From contig OY775910.1 in assembly GCA_963675245.1 (NCBI GenBank), positions 1,536,001 to 1,600,000 of the forward strand: 64,000 nucleotides of DNA. Direction: 5' to 3'. The notes beneath the pieces were generated by a model that searched no databases, was not told the DNA's origin, and saw only the letters and a program-made list of their open reading frames with translations. Shown piece by piece: positions 33,580 through 44,563 of this stretch. Numbering within the stretch: position 1 is the stretch's first letter; each line of letters starts with the position of its first letter. The stretch is from Acholeplasmataceae bacterium. Its GTDB lineage: Bacteria > Bacillota_I > Bacilli_A > Acholeplasmatales > Acholeplasmataceae. The position numbers and the translations under genes are program-made.

Positions 33580-35286
33580 ATGAAACGATTTTATTTAAAG
33601 AATAGATATGCGGTTATAAACTTCTCAAGCTTATTATGCGATAGCGAAATTAAAATTATTTCCTCTCGTGCTTTTGAATACGTCTTAGCACAATTCATTC
33701 GCGAAAAACGCAGTAGTGATGACATCATTATTGAACAGATGAAGGGTATTTCACCTAAGATGGTTGTAAAAGCTTATAAATTACTTCTTTTGTGGTCTTA
33801 TGAGGAAGTTCATCAACTTCACCCCGATCTATCTCAATTACTTAACAAAAGAAATGAATTTTATCGTTTTACTGAATCTTTTTATGATTATTGGCGCAGT
33901 TTAGAACGCTATGGGTTTTTGCTTGGTGATAAACACTTTACAAAAGGTTATAAATCACGTGAATTGATTGCGAATAGCGATCAATTTAATGAACGAATTT
34001 TATATTTATATCGTACAATTGCAGAAAAAATTAAAAAACAATCTTATCTCTTATATCGTCAACTTCCTGCGGGAATTAATGCGACTCTCATGATCTACCC
34101 TCATCGCTTCACAAGAATTGAGTCCTATGAAGGTTTACAAGGTTTTCATTTTATTCAACAAGCTCTGATTAGACCACCATTTATGATTTATTCTAAAGCG
34201 AATACAAGACAAGGTATCTTTAAAGAAACATTAGTAAATCCTCTAAAAGATATGCACTTAAATAAAAATGATTACGTCGTCTATCCAATCTGGGTTGGAT
34301 CACTTCTGGCATTTGTTTATGTTCATATCGACTATATTCATCATGGTGTTGCATTATGCAATCTATTTGAACTAGCTGCTTATGATGATTATGTTGATCG
34401 AAAACCCGATTTAATCATGATTTTTGGCTTAGATCAGCATGACACTGATTTACATTATTATAAAGATATAGAGAACCAGATTTATGTTGGCATAGTGTCT
34501 TATAATGAATCCTATGATTATTTTGGTTACTTGAAGAAAATGCTACTAACACTTCATAATGTCTATATGATTGATCAAAAACGATTGCCTATTCATGGCT
34601 CTATGGTTAATATCTTATTAAAAAACGGTGAAGAAAAAAATGTCATAGTCATGGGAGATAGTGGCGCAGGTAAATCTGAAACACTGGAAGCATTAAGATT
34701 GAATGGTGCTGATTATATTAGATCCATGCGTATCGTATTTGATGATATGGGTATTCTAACACTAGAAAACGATAAACTGACAGCAAGTGGTACTGAAACT
34801 GGTGCATTTGTACGTTTAGATGACTTAGAAAGTGGGTATGCATATCGTGAAATAGATCGTGCGATTTTCTTAAATCCAGATCAAACCAACGCCCGTGTTG
34901 TTCTTCCTGTAAGTGACTATTCATTCATTAGTAAACAACATCACATTGATTTATTTTTATATGCGAATAACTATACGCCTTCTGATGATGGTTTAAGGTT
35001 ATTTGACAAGATGGATGATGCGTTATCAATCTTCATGCAAGGGAAGCGGAAAGCTAAAGGAACAACATCTGAAGTTGGCTTAGTTGAATCATTCTTTGCT
35101 AATCCATTTGGACCAGTTCAACAAGAACAACAAACAACAAAACTCATCTTGCAATTTTTCAGAAAAATGTATCAATCTAATATTAAAGTAGGTGAGTTAT
35201 TTACAGAGTTGGCTATTATAGGAAAAGAAAAAGACGGTCCTAAAAACGCATCAAAAAAACTATTAGAATATTTAATAATAAAATAA
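33580..35286 (+). CDS. Non-canonical PEP carboxykinase-like P-loop protein
   Basis: Motifs YFGYLKK, LPIHG, Walker A GDSGAGKSE, FDDMG and ANPFG, resembling PEPCK-superfamily motifs. Confidence 0.6.
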   Translation: MKRFYLKNRYAVINFSSLLCDSEIKIISSRAFEYVLAQFIREKRSSDDIIIEQMKGISPKMVVKAYKLLLLWSYEEVHQLHPDLSQLLNKRNEFYRFTESFYDYWRSLERYGFLLGDKHFTKGYKSRELIANSDQFNERILYLYRTIAEKIKKQSYLLYRQLPAGINATLMIYPHRFTRIESYEGLQGFHFIQQALIRPPFMIYSKANTRQGIFKETLVNPLKDMHLNKNDYVVYPIWVGSLLAFVYVHIDYIHHGVALCNLFELAAYDDYVDRKPDLIMIFGLDQHDTDLHYYKDIENQIYVGIVSYNESYDYFGYLKKMLLTLHNVYMIDQKRLPIHGSMVNILLKNGEEKNVIVMGDSGAGKSETLEALRLNGADYIRSMRIVFDDMGILTLENDKLTASGTETGAFVRLDDLESGYAYREIDRAIFLNPDQTNARVVLPVSDYSFISKQHHIDLFLYANNYTPSDDGLRLFDKMDDALSIFMQGKRKAKGTTSEVGLVESFFANPFGPVQQEQQTTKLILQFFRKMYQSNIKVGELFTELAIIGKEKDGPKNASKKLLEYLIIK

Positions 35287-35293
35287 AAGGCGA

Positions 35294-36436
35294 TTATAAT
35301 TCGCCTTTTTCTATATTTGGAAATACTAATTTTTTAGAATCTTCTAATGTCATTAAAGGATAAACTACTTTATGACGTTCTTCTTCGGAAACAATCACAG
35401 GTCTTTTTTGATGAATAAGGAAATCAATTAATAATGTGATGATACCAATGATAATGATTGCAAAATAACTAGCAAATCGCCACATCATCATTGACCAAAA
35501 TAATCCAGTCCCCACTAAAACTGCTTCAAACAATAAATAGAATGAAAATTCGGATGCACCAGAGTTTCCTGGTGTAGGAATATAAGCAATCGCAGCGTAT
35601 ACAAACACACATAGTACAAAGATTTCAATATAAGATACAGCCATTCCAGTTGAAATAATGACAAAATACGGTATTGAAAATATTGCGAATTGATAAACTA
35701 ATGATAGTAGGAATGTAATGACTAATGTACGTTTTGATTTACCCATTTCTCTTAGGCTTGTTTTAAATCTCACAATAAAATAATCAATTTTTTGAATTCG
35801 TTCCTCAACGCTTTTAACTATTTTAAATTGATATAATAACTTTAGTACACCAATGCTTAATTTTCTACTAATGACTGGAAATACTGTAAACACTAATACC
35901 ACGAGTGGCATAGCAACCATGAAAAACGAACCAACATAAGCAGATACTCTTAAAAAATTAATCGTGACAAATTGACTACCAGTTATAAAAACTGTTATAG
36001 CAATTACAATAAATGCTAACTGATTCATGACAAACGAGGCGACTGGCATCAAACTTGAATCAGGACCAGATATACCATATTGATATAAATACATGATTTG
36101 GAATGGTTGTCCACCAGTACCAAGTGGTGTTACATTATCATAATATTTTCCAAATAATGCCGTTTTCATAGATACTCTAAAATGTCTTCTACCCTTTAAC
36201 TTATGACCTATCATGAAAAAGAACTTCATACCTTCAGCAAAGATCGCGATCACTGGACATAAAAACGCTAAAACAACAAAATACCAGTATTTTCCCCAAA
36301 GAGTCATCATACTGCCTAACCCTTCATCTGGTGTGTCATTAAAAATACTTCTTGCTATTATTACAACGATAACAATATTGAGTACTAGAAATAATGATGT
36401 AAATATAATTTTTCTAGTGCGACGCTTATTCTTCAT
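35294..36436 (-). CDS. Lysylphosphatidylglycerol-synthase TM (UPF0104, flippase-like) membrane protein
   Basis: Motifs VTPLGTGGQP, IPTPGNSGASE and WR; multiple TM segments. Confidence 0.85.
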   Translation of the reverse strand: MKNKRRTRKIIFTSLFLVLNIVIVVIIARSIFNDTPDEGLGSMMTLWGKYWYFVVLAFLCPVIAIFAEGMKFFFMIGHKLKGRRHFRVSMKTALFGKYYDNVTPLGTGGQPFQIMYLYQYGISGPDSSLMPVASFVMNQLAFIVIAITVFITGSQFVTINFLRVSAYVGSFFMVAMPLVVLVFTVFPVISRKLSIGVLKLLYQFKIVKSVEERIQKIDYFIVRFKTSLREMGKSKRTLVITFLLSLVYQFAIFSIPYFVIISTGMAVSYIEIFVLCVFVYAAIAYIPTPGNSGASEFSFYLLFEAVLVGTGLFWSMMMWRFASYFAIIIIGIITLLIDFLIHQKRPVIVSEEERHKVVYPLMTLEDSKKLVFPNIEKGEL

Positions 36437-36565
36437 GTTAACCTCATTGAATGATGCGTATGTGACGATAGATATTATTATTATACTATATGACTACATC
36501 TAAATCTATCAAGTTTCTGGGAATTTCAAAGAAAAAGATAGCAAATCAATGCTATCTTAATTGAT

Positions 36566-37564
36566 TTATGAAACAACTGTAATCCAATGATCAGGATCCT
36601 CAATATCACCATATTGAATACCTGTTAATAAATCATATAATTTTGAGATGATAGGACCTATTTTATCATGATATGTCATGTGATAAACGATCTCATCATG
36701 TGTCACTGAACCAATTGGTGTAATCACTGTTGCAGTCCCACAAGCAGCGGCTTCTACGTAATTGGATAAATCTTTTAATGCAATTACCCGTTCTTCTGCA
36801 TGCATATTAAGTAAATGTGTAGCAATATACAAGACGCTGCGCTTCGTAATCCCATTGAGAATTGACTCAGAATATGGTGTATGTATCTCATTTGAAGCTG
36901 TGATGCCAATGAAATTAGCTGCACCTACCTCTTCAATATTTTGATGATAAACAGGATCTAAGAATAAGACATCTTGATAACCTTGTTCACGTGCTAATTT
37001 TTGAGGTAGCATACTCGATGCATAATTTCCGCCTGTTTTAGCTTGTCCTGTGCCTTTTGATGCCACACGATCATACTTACTCGTTACTAATGTCATTGGC
37101 TTTTGTTGTGAATCAAAATAAGACCCTACTGGTGAAACAATAATCGCGAATACATATGATTTTGATGGCTTAAGACCAAGATTATCCCCCACGCCAAATA
37201 AAACAGGTCTTATATAGAGTGTTCCTTCTCTATAAGCAGGTACATATGATAAATTCGCTTGTACAGTCTCAATAACTGCATTAATAAAGCGTTCTTCTGG
37301 AAACACTGGCATGACAATACGTTCGCAAGATCCTTTCATACGAGCAGCATTATCTTTTACTCTAAAAATTTGAACATGACCATCTTTTCTACGATACGCT
37401 TTTAAACCTTCAAAAACAGACTGACCATAATGAAATACTGTTGACATAAGCGATAAATTGATTTGATCACTGTCTACCAATGCGCCATCGTCCCATTTTC
37501 CGTCATCAAAGTAAGACACATATACTTTATCTGTCTTGTGATATAAAAAACCTTTACCTGCCAT
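36566..37564 (-). CDS. ilvE: Branched-chain amino acid aminotransferase
   Basis: Motifs HYGQSVFEGLKA, YIRP, KTGGNYA, EEVGAAN, ILNGIT and GTA. Confidence 0.95.
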   Translation of the reverse strand: MAGKGFLYHKTDKVYVSYFDDGKWDDGALVDSDQINLSLMSTVFHYGQSVFEGLKAYRRKDGHVQIFRVKDNAARMKGSCERIVMPVFPEERFINAVIETVQANLSYVPAYREGTLYIRPVLFGVGDNLGLKPSKSYVFAIIVSPVGSYFDSQQKPMTLVTSKYDRVASKGTGQAKTGGNYASSMLPQKLAREQGYQDVLFLDPVYHQNIEEVGAANFIGITASNEIHTPYSESILNGITKRSVLYIATHLLNMHAEERVIALKDLSNYVEAAACGTATVITPIGSVTHDEIVYHMTYHDKIGPIISKLYDLLTGIQYGDIEDPDHWITVVS

Positions 37565-37579
37565 ATTTTCCTCCGTTTA

Positions 37580-37608
37580 AAAAAGCGACTAGATGATATA
37601 GTCGCTTT
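37580..37608 (-). terminator. Terminator
   Basis: AAAGCGACTA-gatga-TAGTCGCTTT inverted repeat. Confidence 0.7.
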
Positions 37609-37613
37609 GTTTA

Positions 37614-38525
37614 TTATTCGTTATCTGATGTAATATCAGCTGTATTTTCATAATCTGATTTAAACAAATCAGCAACATAAGCGAATGTATTTTGTTTATC
37701 ATATACGAGTGCAAATAAGAAAGCAATAAGTGTGCCATAAACAAATACAGGACCGATCATCCAAGCAACTGGCCAATAAAAAGTTTCCCCAGTAACAGGA
37801 TGAATCGTCAAGAAATTAGGAACTAATACTCTTAATAAAATACCAACACCAGTCAATGATTGTAAATCCTTTATACCAAAAATTAATGATGGATTTCTAC
37901 CAATAGGATTCATCATATCATATCCACCTGGAACCCAACCGATGAGAGATAAAATAAGTTCATTAAAATATATGATAAAGAGTAAACCTATTAGCAATAT
38001 GGGCGCATAAATGATTCGTTTAATTGATAATTCATGCATTTTAAATCGCATCATGAGAAATGGGGCAAGAAACAACAAGAAATGTGTTGTATAAAATCTA
38101 ATTGTTTCTAAATCAAATGCGCCTTTGGTATATAAAATCGGAACAGCATTAAATGTTTCACCAATGGCATCTGCCGGGAAAGTAATGGCTAAAATACCTG
38201 ATGCAATTCCTAACATAATCATGAAATCCTTAAGCACTTTATTTTTTGCGAAGAATAAGAATGGAAATAATACAACACTTACGGCACAAATGTTTTCTAA
38301 AGAAGCTTTAACCCAGATATGTTCAACATAGTATGGGTCTGTGTAAGGAAAGATTAACAATTTAAGAAAATGAATAGCGAAATTTGTCATTATAATAGAG
38401 AAAACAAACCAATATCTAAATCGATCGGAACGATTGCGTAGCAAAACAACAGCTAACGAGGTTAGCGTGATTGTAATTGCTATATACATAAGATAGTAAA
38501 CATTTCCAATCTCAATAACTGGCAT
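37614..38525 (-). CDS. Integral membrane protein, YwaF/TMEM164-like
   Basis: Multiple TM segments; LENICA and RFYTTH motifs. Confidence 0.55.
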   Translation of the reverse strand: MPVIEIGNVYYLMYIAITITLTSLAVVLLRNRSDRFRYWFVFSIIMTNFAIHFLKLLIFPYTDPYYVEHIWVKASLENICAVSVVLFPFLFFAKNKVLKDFMIMLGIASGILAITFPADAIGETFNAVPILYTKGAFDLETIRFYTTHFLLFLAPFLMMRFKMHELSIKRIIYAPILLIGLLFIIYFNELILSLIGWVPGGYDMMNPIGRNPSLIFGIKDLQSLTGVGILLRVLVPNFLTIHPVTGETFYWPVAWMIGPVFVYGTLIAFLFALVYDKQNTFAYVADLFKSDYENTADITSDNE

Positions 38526-38536
38526 TTAATCACCTA

Positions 38537-39286
38537 TTATAAACGATGCTTTTTACGTTTTTCCTTTTTACTTAAATAATAATAATTATAGGTATGAAGT
38601 TTGCGCTTCATTTCTACTTGACTTAAGATAACACCTAAAATATTGGCACCGTAATTCTTTAATGAGTCAATTGAATCCTTGACGTAACTTTTTTTAGCTC
38701 TACCATATCCAATGACGAAGATAACGCCATCTGCTAGTTTTGTCACATATAATGCATCCGATAATGATTCAACAGGTGGTGAATCCAATAAAATGTAATC
38801 ATATTTATCTCTTAATGCTTGAAGTAATTGTGCTAGTTTTTGTGATTTCAGTAAATTAATAACTGCCGTTGAAGATTCCTTATTGATAATATAATCAATA
38901 CCTAACTCATCAGATTGCTTAATAATATCTTCAACATTAGCTCTTCCAGCAAGATAATCCGTTAAATTAGCACTCGTTGTATCATCAAATACGCGATTAA
39001 GTTTAGGTTTACGTAAATCGAGATCCATTAATAATACTTTTTTACCTTCTTTTGCCATTAAATATGCAATATTAGATATGGTTGTTGATTTACCTTCTGA
39101 CGGTTCAGTAGATGTAAATTGTAAGATTTTATAATTCTGATCAACATTTAGAAACTCAATGTTTAAAACGATCTTCTGGAATGATTCAGCAACAAAAGAA
39201 AGTGGTCGATTTTTAACAACTAAATACGCATAGTTTTCTAAACGTGGTTTTCCAAGTAAGTCTTTTAATTTTTTATTATCTAGCAT
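38537..39286 (-). CDS. cpsD: BY-kinase of the CpsD/CapB family (tyrosine-protein kinase)
   Basis: Motifs AESF, TS..SEGKST, DLDLRKP and DSPP; C-terminal Tyr cluster TYNYYY. Confidence 0.92.
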   Translation of the reverse strand: MLDNKKLKDLLGKPRLENYAYLVVKNRPLSFVAESFQKIVLNIEFLNVDQNYKILQFTSTEPSEGKSTTISNIAYLMAKEGKKVLLMDLDLRKPKLNRVFDDTTSANLTDYLAGRANVEDIIKQSDELGIDYIINKESSTAVINLLKSQKLAQLLQALRDKYDYILLDSPPVESLSDALYVTKLADGVIFVIGYGRAKKSYVKDSIDSLKNYGANILGVILSQVEMKRKLHTYNYYYLSKKEKRKKHRL

Positions 39287-39287
39287 A

Positions 39288-40004
39288 TTAGAAATCCTCC
39301 TCTACTCTAAATTCCGGAATTGATCCTAATACTTGAAGATCTAAATCACGTTGAATTTCTTCTTTTGTTTTATATGTATTATCCAAAAAGCCACTAACTA
39401 ACGCTATAGATACACCAACAATGCCACCAAGTAAGGCACCAATGATGACATAAAGTGGTTTATTTGGTGAATCATACCTACCTATTGGTGCAGGTGTCAT
39501 TGTCCCTATCACACCTTGTAAAAACTGAATACTTGAGTTTTCATCATTTGTGATTGCTTTTGCACTTTCAATGACTTGATTAACAACGTCACGTGCAACT
39601 TCAGGATCAGTATCAGTATAACTAATCGTAATGAATAAATCCGTCGTACTAGAAATAACGTTTAGATTGCTTCTAATGATACCCATTTGACTGGTAGTGT
39701 AACCCAAATTCAGTGTCTCATTAACATCAAGCAACACCAAATCACTTGATAGCAGTGTAGATACTGTATTAATCAATCTTAGTGAAGTTGTTGTGTCAAT
39801 TTCGTTTGTCGTTCCAGTCGTTTCAACTTGAACAATAATTTGAGCTTCTGCTTTATATTGTTCATCCATGACAAACCAGGCTAGTGCTCCTGCCACAACA
39901 GCACCAATTAAAACAAGTGAAAATATGAGAATCAGATGCTTTCTAACGATCATATAAAGATCATATAAACTGAATTCTCTTTCATTTATACTTCCATTTT
40001 CCAT
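39288..40004 (-). CDS. cpsC: BY-kinase modulator / chain-length regulator CpsC/CapA (YveK)
   Basis: Two TM helices, SPNKP, and C-terminal LDNT...VLGSIP; adjacent to cpsD. Confidence 0.9.
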   Translation of the reverse strand: MENGSINEREFSLYDLYMIVRKHLILIFSLVLIGAVVAGALAWFVMDEQYKAEAQIIVQVETTGTTNEIDTTTSLRLINTVSTLLSSDLVLLDVNETLNLGYTTSQMGIIRSNLNVISSTTDLFITISYTDTDPEVARDVVNQVIESAKAITNDENSSIQFLQGVIGTMTPAPIGRYDSPNKPLYVIIGALLGGIVGVSIALVSGFLDNTYKTKEEIQRDLDLQVLGSIPEFRVEEDF

Positions 40005-40078
40005 TCACTACACCTACTTTCAAGTATTGGTTATATTATATCATAATATATTTTTTATAAGGTTTAGATAAACTTATA

Positions 40079-41464
40079 CTATTTATCGTTTTTAACCTTT
40101 GGTTTAACAAGGTTTTTGTAATAATCCGCTTTATTAATTTGCTTATTTCTAGCAATAGATAAAGAACCCTTAGGAATATTTTCGGTAACTGTAGAACCAG
40201 CAGCAATAAACACTTCGTCTTCAATGGATATAGGTGCAATCAAATTAACATTACAACCGATGAAAACGTCATCTCCAATCGTTGTTTGATGTTTGTTAAC
40301 ACCATCGTAATTAACGGTAATGGATCCACAACCAAAGTTAACGTTGTTTCCAACAAGTGCATCACCAATATAAGATAAGTGGGCTGCTTTGGTATTATTT
40401 CCTGTGATAGATTTTTTAACTTCAACAAAATTACCAATGCGATTATGAGAACCAATATTTGCATGATTTCTCAAGTGTGCAAATGGTCCAATTGTCGAAT
40501 ATTCGCCAACATGTGAGTCATATACGATAGAATGTTTGACTTCAACAAAGCGTTCAATGATACCATTATGTATTTCTGAGTTCGGTCCTACTACTGAACC
40601 TTCTTTAATGACACTATCCCCTGTAATGGTTGTATTCGGCATAATCATAACACCCGAATCAATCTGTACATTGTGTCCAATTGTAATGGTATTTGGTGAT
40701 ACCATTTGAACGCCATTTAGCATATGATTTCTATTGATTTCATCTCTCAAATATCGTTCAGCAACACTTACATTATATAAGTCGTTAACCCCCATCATCA
40801 TAAATGACTCTTCGACAATAAATGAACCAATTTTATAATCATGTCTCATCAACGCGACGATATCCGTAAGATAGTATTCATTTTTACGTTCATTCTTTTT
40901 AATCTTTTTTAACACATCAAATAAAACTTCATTGTTCACTGCGTAAACACCTGAGTTCACTTCTTTAATTCTTTTTTGCTCACTTGAACAATCTTTTTCT
41001 TCGATGATTGCAGCGATAGAACCATAATCATCTCGAATAATTCTGCCATATGATGTAGGATTATCATAAATCATTGATACGACAGTTAAATCATTCCCCA
41101 TTTCTTCATGTGCCCTTAGAATTTGATTCGTCAAATCAATGCTCATCAAAGGCATATCACCTGGTAAGATGAATGTCGTACCTTTCTTTCCTTCAAGAAC
41201 AGATGCTGCAGATAATACAGCATGGCCTGTACCAAGCTGCTCTTTTTGTTCAGCATATTTAACACGATCACCTAATATATCCTTTAGTACTTCTTTTTGA
41301 TGACCAACAACAACGACATTTTCATCAATAAGCGTTCTTTCCAATTTTTCAATAATATATTCAATCATTGGTTTTTTTAAAATTGGATATGCACATTTCG
41401 GTAATTCGGTTTTCATTCTCGTGCCTTTTCCAGCTGCCAAAATCACACCGTATGTTTTCGCCAT
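40079..41464 (-). CDS. glmU: Bifunctional UDP-GlcNAc pyrophosphorylase/GlcN-1-P acetyltransferase
   Basis: Motifs LAAGKGTRMK, QLGTGHA, EYYLTD, GPFAHLR and NYDG; hexapeptide repeats. Confidence 0.96.
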   Translation of the reverse strand: MAKTYGVILAAGKGTRMKTELPKCAYPILKKPMIEYIIEKLERTLIDENVVVVGHQKEVLKDILGDRVKYAEQKEQLGTGHAVLSAASVLEGKKGTTFILPGDMPLMSIDLTNQILRAHEEMGNDLTVVSMIYDNPTSYGRIIRDDYGSIAAIIEEKDCSSEQKRIKEVNSGVYAVNNEVLFDVLKKIKKNERKNEYYLTDIVALMRHDYKIGSFIVEESFMMMGVNDLYNVSVAERYLRDEINRNHMLNGVQMVSPNTITIGHNVQIDSGVMIMPNTTITGDSVIKEGSVVGPNSEIHNGIIERFVEVKHSIVYDSHVGEYSTIGPFAHLRNHANIGSHNRIGNFVEVKKSITGNNTKAAHLSYIGDALVGNNVNFGCGSITVNYDGVNKHQTTIGDDVFIGCNVNLIAPISIEDEVFIAAGSTVTENIPKGSLSIARNKQINKADYYKNLVKPKVKNDK

Positions 41465-41465
41465 A

Positions 41466-42764
41466 TTATTCACTCCTTTTATTGATGTATTCTATAATTT
41501 GATCAATCGTTTGATTGACTAATGCTTCATTTTCATGGGATACAGTTACACGAATGAGTGGTTCTGTACCACTAGCTCTAACAACGAGTAAACCATCTTC
41601 CCCAAGTTTTTTATTGATATTTTTAAGAAACAGTTTTGTCTCTTCCTCATTCAATACTTCTTTGTTAATATCTTTAATATTAACTAAGCGATATGGATAA
41701 GGTTTGTAATTAGAAATTGCAGATTCTAAGTTATTGTTTTCTAAAGTTAATACATATAATAAGTAGATTGCTGCGAGTAAACCATCACCAGTATGTAATA
41801 GCGTATTAATGATGATATGACCACTGCTTTCACCACCGATGGCATAATCATTTTTATGGAGTACTTCTGATACATATTTATCACCAACATCAGTGAGTGA
41901 ATATTTGATATCATCATCTCTTAAGGCTTTTAATAAACCTGGATTACTCATTCTAGTTAGAACGATATGATCATCTTTTAATTGACCATTTTTTCTCATA
42001 TAGCGAGCAATCATGTAAATAATTTCATCGCCATCATAGATTCGTTCTTGATCACACACCAATAGCCGATCACCATCACCATCAAAACTAAATCCGATAT
42101 CGCATCGTTTGGATCTAACAACTTCTTGAATGTGATTCATATGGGTTGATCCACAATTGACATTGATATTAAACCCATCCGGTTCATTGTTAATTTGAAT
42201 AGCATTTGGTGCAAATAGATCAAATACTTCCTTGGCAATTTGATAATTACCACCATTTGCACTATCATAAACAATTTTAAGTTTAGATTGAAAATGATTA
42301 AATGATTTATATAATTTTAAATAAGACGATTTAAAATTATTGACATATTCGAATTGACCAAAAGCTTGAATTTTCTTAATTGGATAATCAATGACTTCCT
42401 CAATTAACTGCTCTTCTGCTTTTGTAGTTTTGTAACCACGATTGAAGACTTTTATTCCATTATCTGTATAGGGATTATGAGATGCTGTAATCATCACGCC
42501 AATCAATTCGTGATCTTTTGAATATTGAGCCAGCATAGGTGTTGAACAGACTCCCGAAAATATCACATTCAAACCTTGAGAAAGTGCACCTGAAGCGATC
42601 ATATAAGCAAGCATAGGTGATGATTGTCTTGTATCGTAACCAATGACTACCGTATCTAAATCAAAGGCTTTACTAAGGCCTTGACCAACACTGAATGCTA
42701 ACGTTTCATTTAATTGTTCAAAAGCTTTACCGCGTATCCCGTCGGTACCAAAATATTTACCCAT
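41466..42764 (-). CDS. glmM: Phosphoglucosamine mutase
   Basis: Motifs FGTDGIRG, TASHNP, DGDGDR, GGESSGH and RASGTEP. Confidence 0.93.
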   Translation of the reverse strand: MGKYFGTDGIRGKAFEQLNETLAFSVGQGLSKAFDLDTVVIGYDTRQSSPMLAYMIASGALSQGLNVIFSGVCSTPMLAQYSKDHELIGVMITASHNPYTDNGIKVFNRGYKTTKAEEQLIEEVIDYPIKKIQAFGQFEYVNNFKSSYLKLYKSFNHFQSKLKIVYDSANGGNYQIAKEVFDLFAPNAIQINNEPDGFNINVNCGSTHMNHIQEVVRSKRCDIGFSFDGDGDRLLVCDQERIYDGDEIIYMIARYMRKNGQLKDDHIVLTRMSNPGLLKALRDDDIKYSLTDVGDKYVSEVLHKNDYAIGGESSGHIIINTLLHTGDGLLAAIYLLYVLTLENNNLESAISNYKPYPYRLVNIKDINKEVLNEEETKLFLKNINKKLGEDGLLVVRASGTEPLIRVTVSHENEALVNQTIDQIIEYINKRSE

Positions 42765-42769
42765 AATGT

Positions 42770-44551
42770 TTACTCAACCGTAACACTTTTTGCGAGGTTA
42801 CGTGGTTTATCAATATCTAATTGACGATCAAGTGCAGCGTAGTATGCAATCAGTTGTGTTGGTACAACCATAATCATTGATGATAGTGCAGGATGAACAT
42901 CTTCAACAATCACATCATCTGTTGAGTTTGATGCAGAACGTGTTGAAATCACAATTGGATTTGCTCCTCGTGCAATAACTTCCTTTAAATTTGATCTTGT
43001 ATGATTACCTAATGCACGATCAGAAATTAACGCAATTACAGGTGTATCTTGCTCAATTAAAGCGATTGTCCCATGTTTTAATTCACCAGCTGCAAACCCT
43101 TCTGTTTGAATATATGATATCTCTTTCAATTTTAATGCTGCTTCCAGTGAGGTATAGTAATCAATACCTCTACCAATATAGAAACAATTTCTCATTTTAA
43201 GTTTGTCATGAACTAATAATCGTAATGACTGTTCAGATAATAGCTTATCAATTGCAAGTGCAACACGATTTAAAGAATCATGAATGTCTAATTTTGCACC
43301 TAATTTATCTGCTAAAATTGATAATAAAGCCACTTGAGCGACATATGCTTTGGTTGAGGCAACCGCAATTTCTGGACCAGCAAATAAGTCTAATGCAAAG
43401 TCCGCTTCTCTTGCTAATGTCGATGTTTTAACGTTCGTAATGGTTAACACTTTAGCGTTTGTCTTTCTGATTTTAATTAAACATGCTCTTAAATCAGCAG
43501 TTTCACCACTTTGTGAAATAAACACATAAAATGGTTTATCAGATATATAAGGCTCTCCATATGCGAATTCAGATGCAATATGTACATCAGTTGGTTTATT
43601 AGCATATTTTTCAAATAAGCGTTTACCTATAAAACCAGCGTGCATCGATGTCCCTGCAGCGATGATATATATACGATCTGCTGATAACATTTGTTTAACA
43701 ATAGTGTCATCAATCGGGTCATTTTCATTAAGAAGATATTCTGTCATCAATCGTCTAATAACAGATGGTTGTTCGTAAATTTCTTTGAGCATGAAATGAT
43801 CAAATTCACCTTTTTCAGCTTGATAAAAACCATCATCTATCGTTAAATAGTCAGGTTCGATAAGCTGATGATTTAAATCAAAAAAGTGGACACGATCATC
43901 ATGAATAACAGTAAACGTTTCATCCTGTAATGCAACAAAAGAGTCACAATAGTCAGATAACGCCATGATATCTGATGCCACAATATATCCTTCTTCGTTT
44001 TGTCCCAATACGAGTGGTGACTTATTTTTACCAGCATAAATAGTTTCTGGATTTTCAGTATCTATAACCAGCAAAGCATATGATCCTTCAAGTAGTTTTA
44101 ATGTGGTCGAAATAGCATTTTCAATATTCATTTGTACAGACATTTTCTCAATTAATTGAACAATAACTTCTGTGTCTGTTTCACTAGAAAAATAGACATC
44201 AGACAAATACTGTCTTTTAAGTTCATCACTATTTTCAATGACACCATTATGAACAGCAATAAATCGTCCTGATTGAGATGCATGAGGGTGAGCATTACCT
44301 TTAGTTACTGCACCATGAGTTGCCCATCTTGTATGTCCCATACCTATTGGTGAAGGTGCCGCTTTTTTAGAAATATCAGTTAAATGTGCTACTCTCCCAA
44401 TATCCTTGTACGTATCAAAAACGCGGAAACGTGGGTCATAAAGTGTTATACCCGCTGAATCGTAACCGCGATATTCCAAACGTCTTAAACCACTTAAGAC
44501 GACTTCTTTAGCTTTTCTATCTGAACCTACATATCCAACTATTCCACACAT
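42770..44551 (-). CDS. glmS: Glutamine--fructose-6-phosphate aminotransferase
   Basis: Motifs MCGIVG, LEYRGYDSAG, HTRWATHG, SQSGET and PRNLAKSVTVE. Confidence 0.98.
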   Translation of the reverse strand: MCGIVGYVGSDRKAKEVVLSGLRRLEYRGYDSAGITLYDPRFRVFDTYKDIGRVAHLTDISKKAAPSPIGMGHTRWATHGAVTKGNAHPHASQSGRFIAVHNGVIENSDELKRQYLSDVYFSSETDTEVIVQLIEKMSVQMNIENAISTTLKLLEGSYALLVIDTENPETIYAGKNKSPLVLGQNEEGYIVASDIMALSDYCDSFVALQDETFTVIHDDRVHFFDLNHQLIEPDYLTIDDGFYQAEKGEFDHFMLKEIYEQPSVIRRLMTEYLLNENDPIDDTIVKQMLSADRIYIIAAGTSMHAGFIGKRLFEKYANKPTDVHIASEFAYGEPYISDKPFYVFISQSGETADLRACLIKIRKTNAKVLTITNVKTSTLAREADFALDLFAGPEIAVASTKAYVAQVALLSILADKLGAKLDIHDSLNRVALAIDKLLSEQSLRLLVHDKLKMRNCFYIGRGIDYYTSLEAALKLKEISYIQTEGFAAGELKHGTIALIEQDTPVIALISDRALGNHTRSNLKEVIARGANPIVISTRSASNSTDDVIVEDVHPALSSMIMVVPTQLIAYYAALDRQLDIDKPRNLAKSVTVE

Positions 44552-44563
44552 ATGACTTACCCC

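Noticed and set aside
44552..44563. glmS ribozyme upstream of glmS
   Set aside because: Only 12 nt separate capD and glmS.
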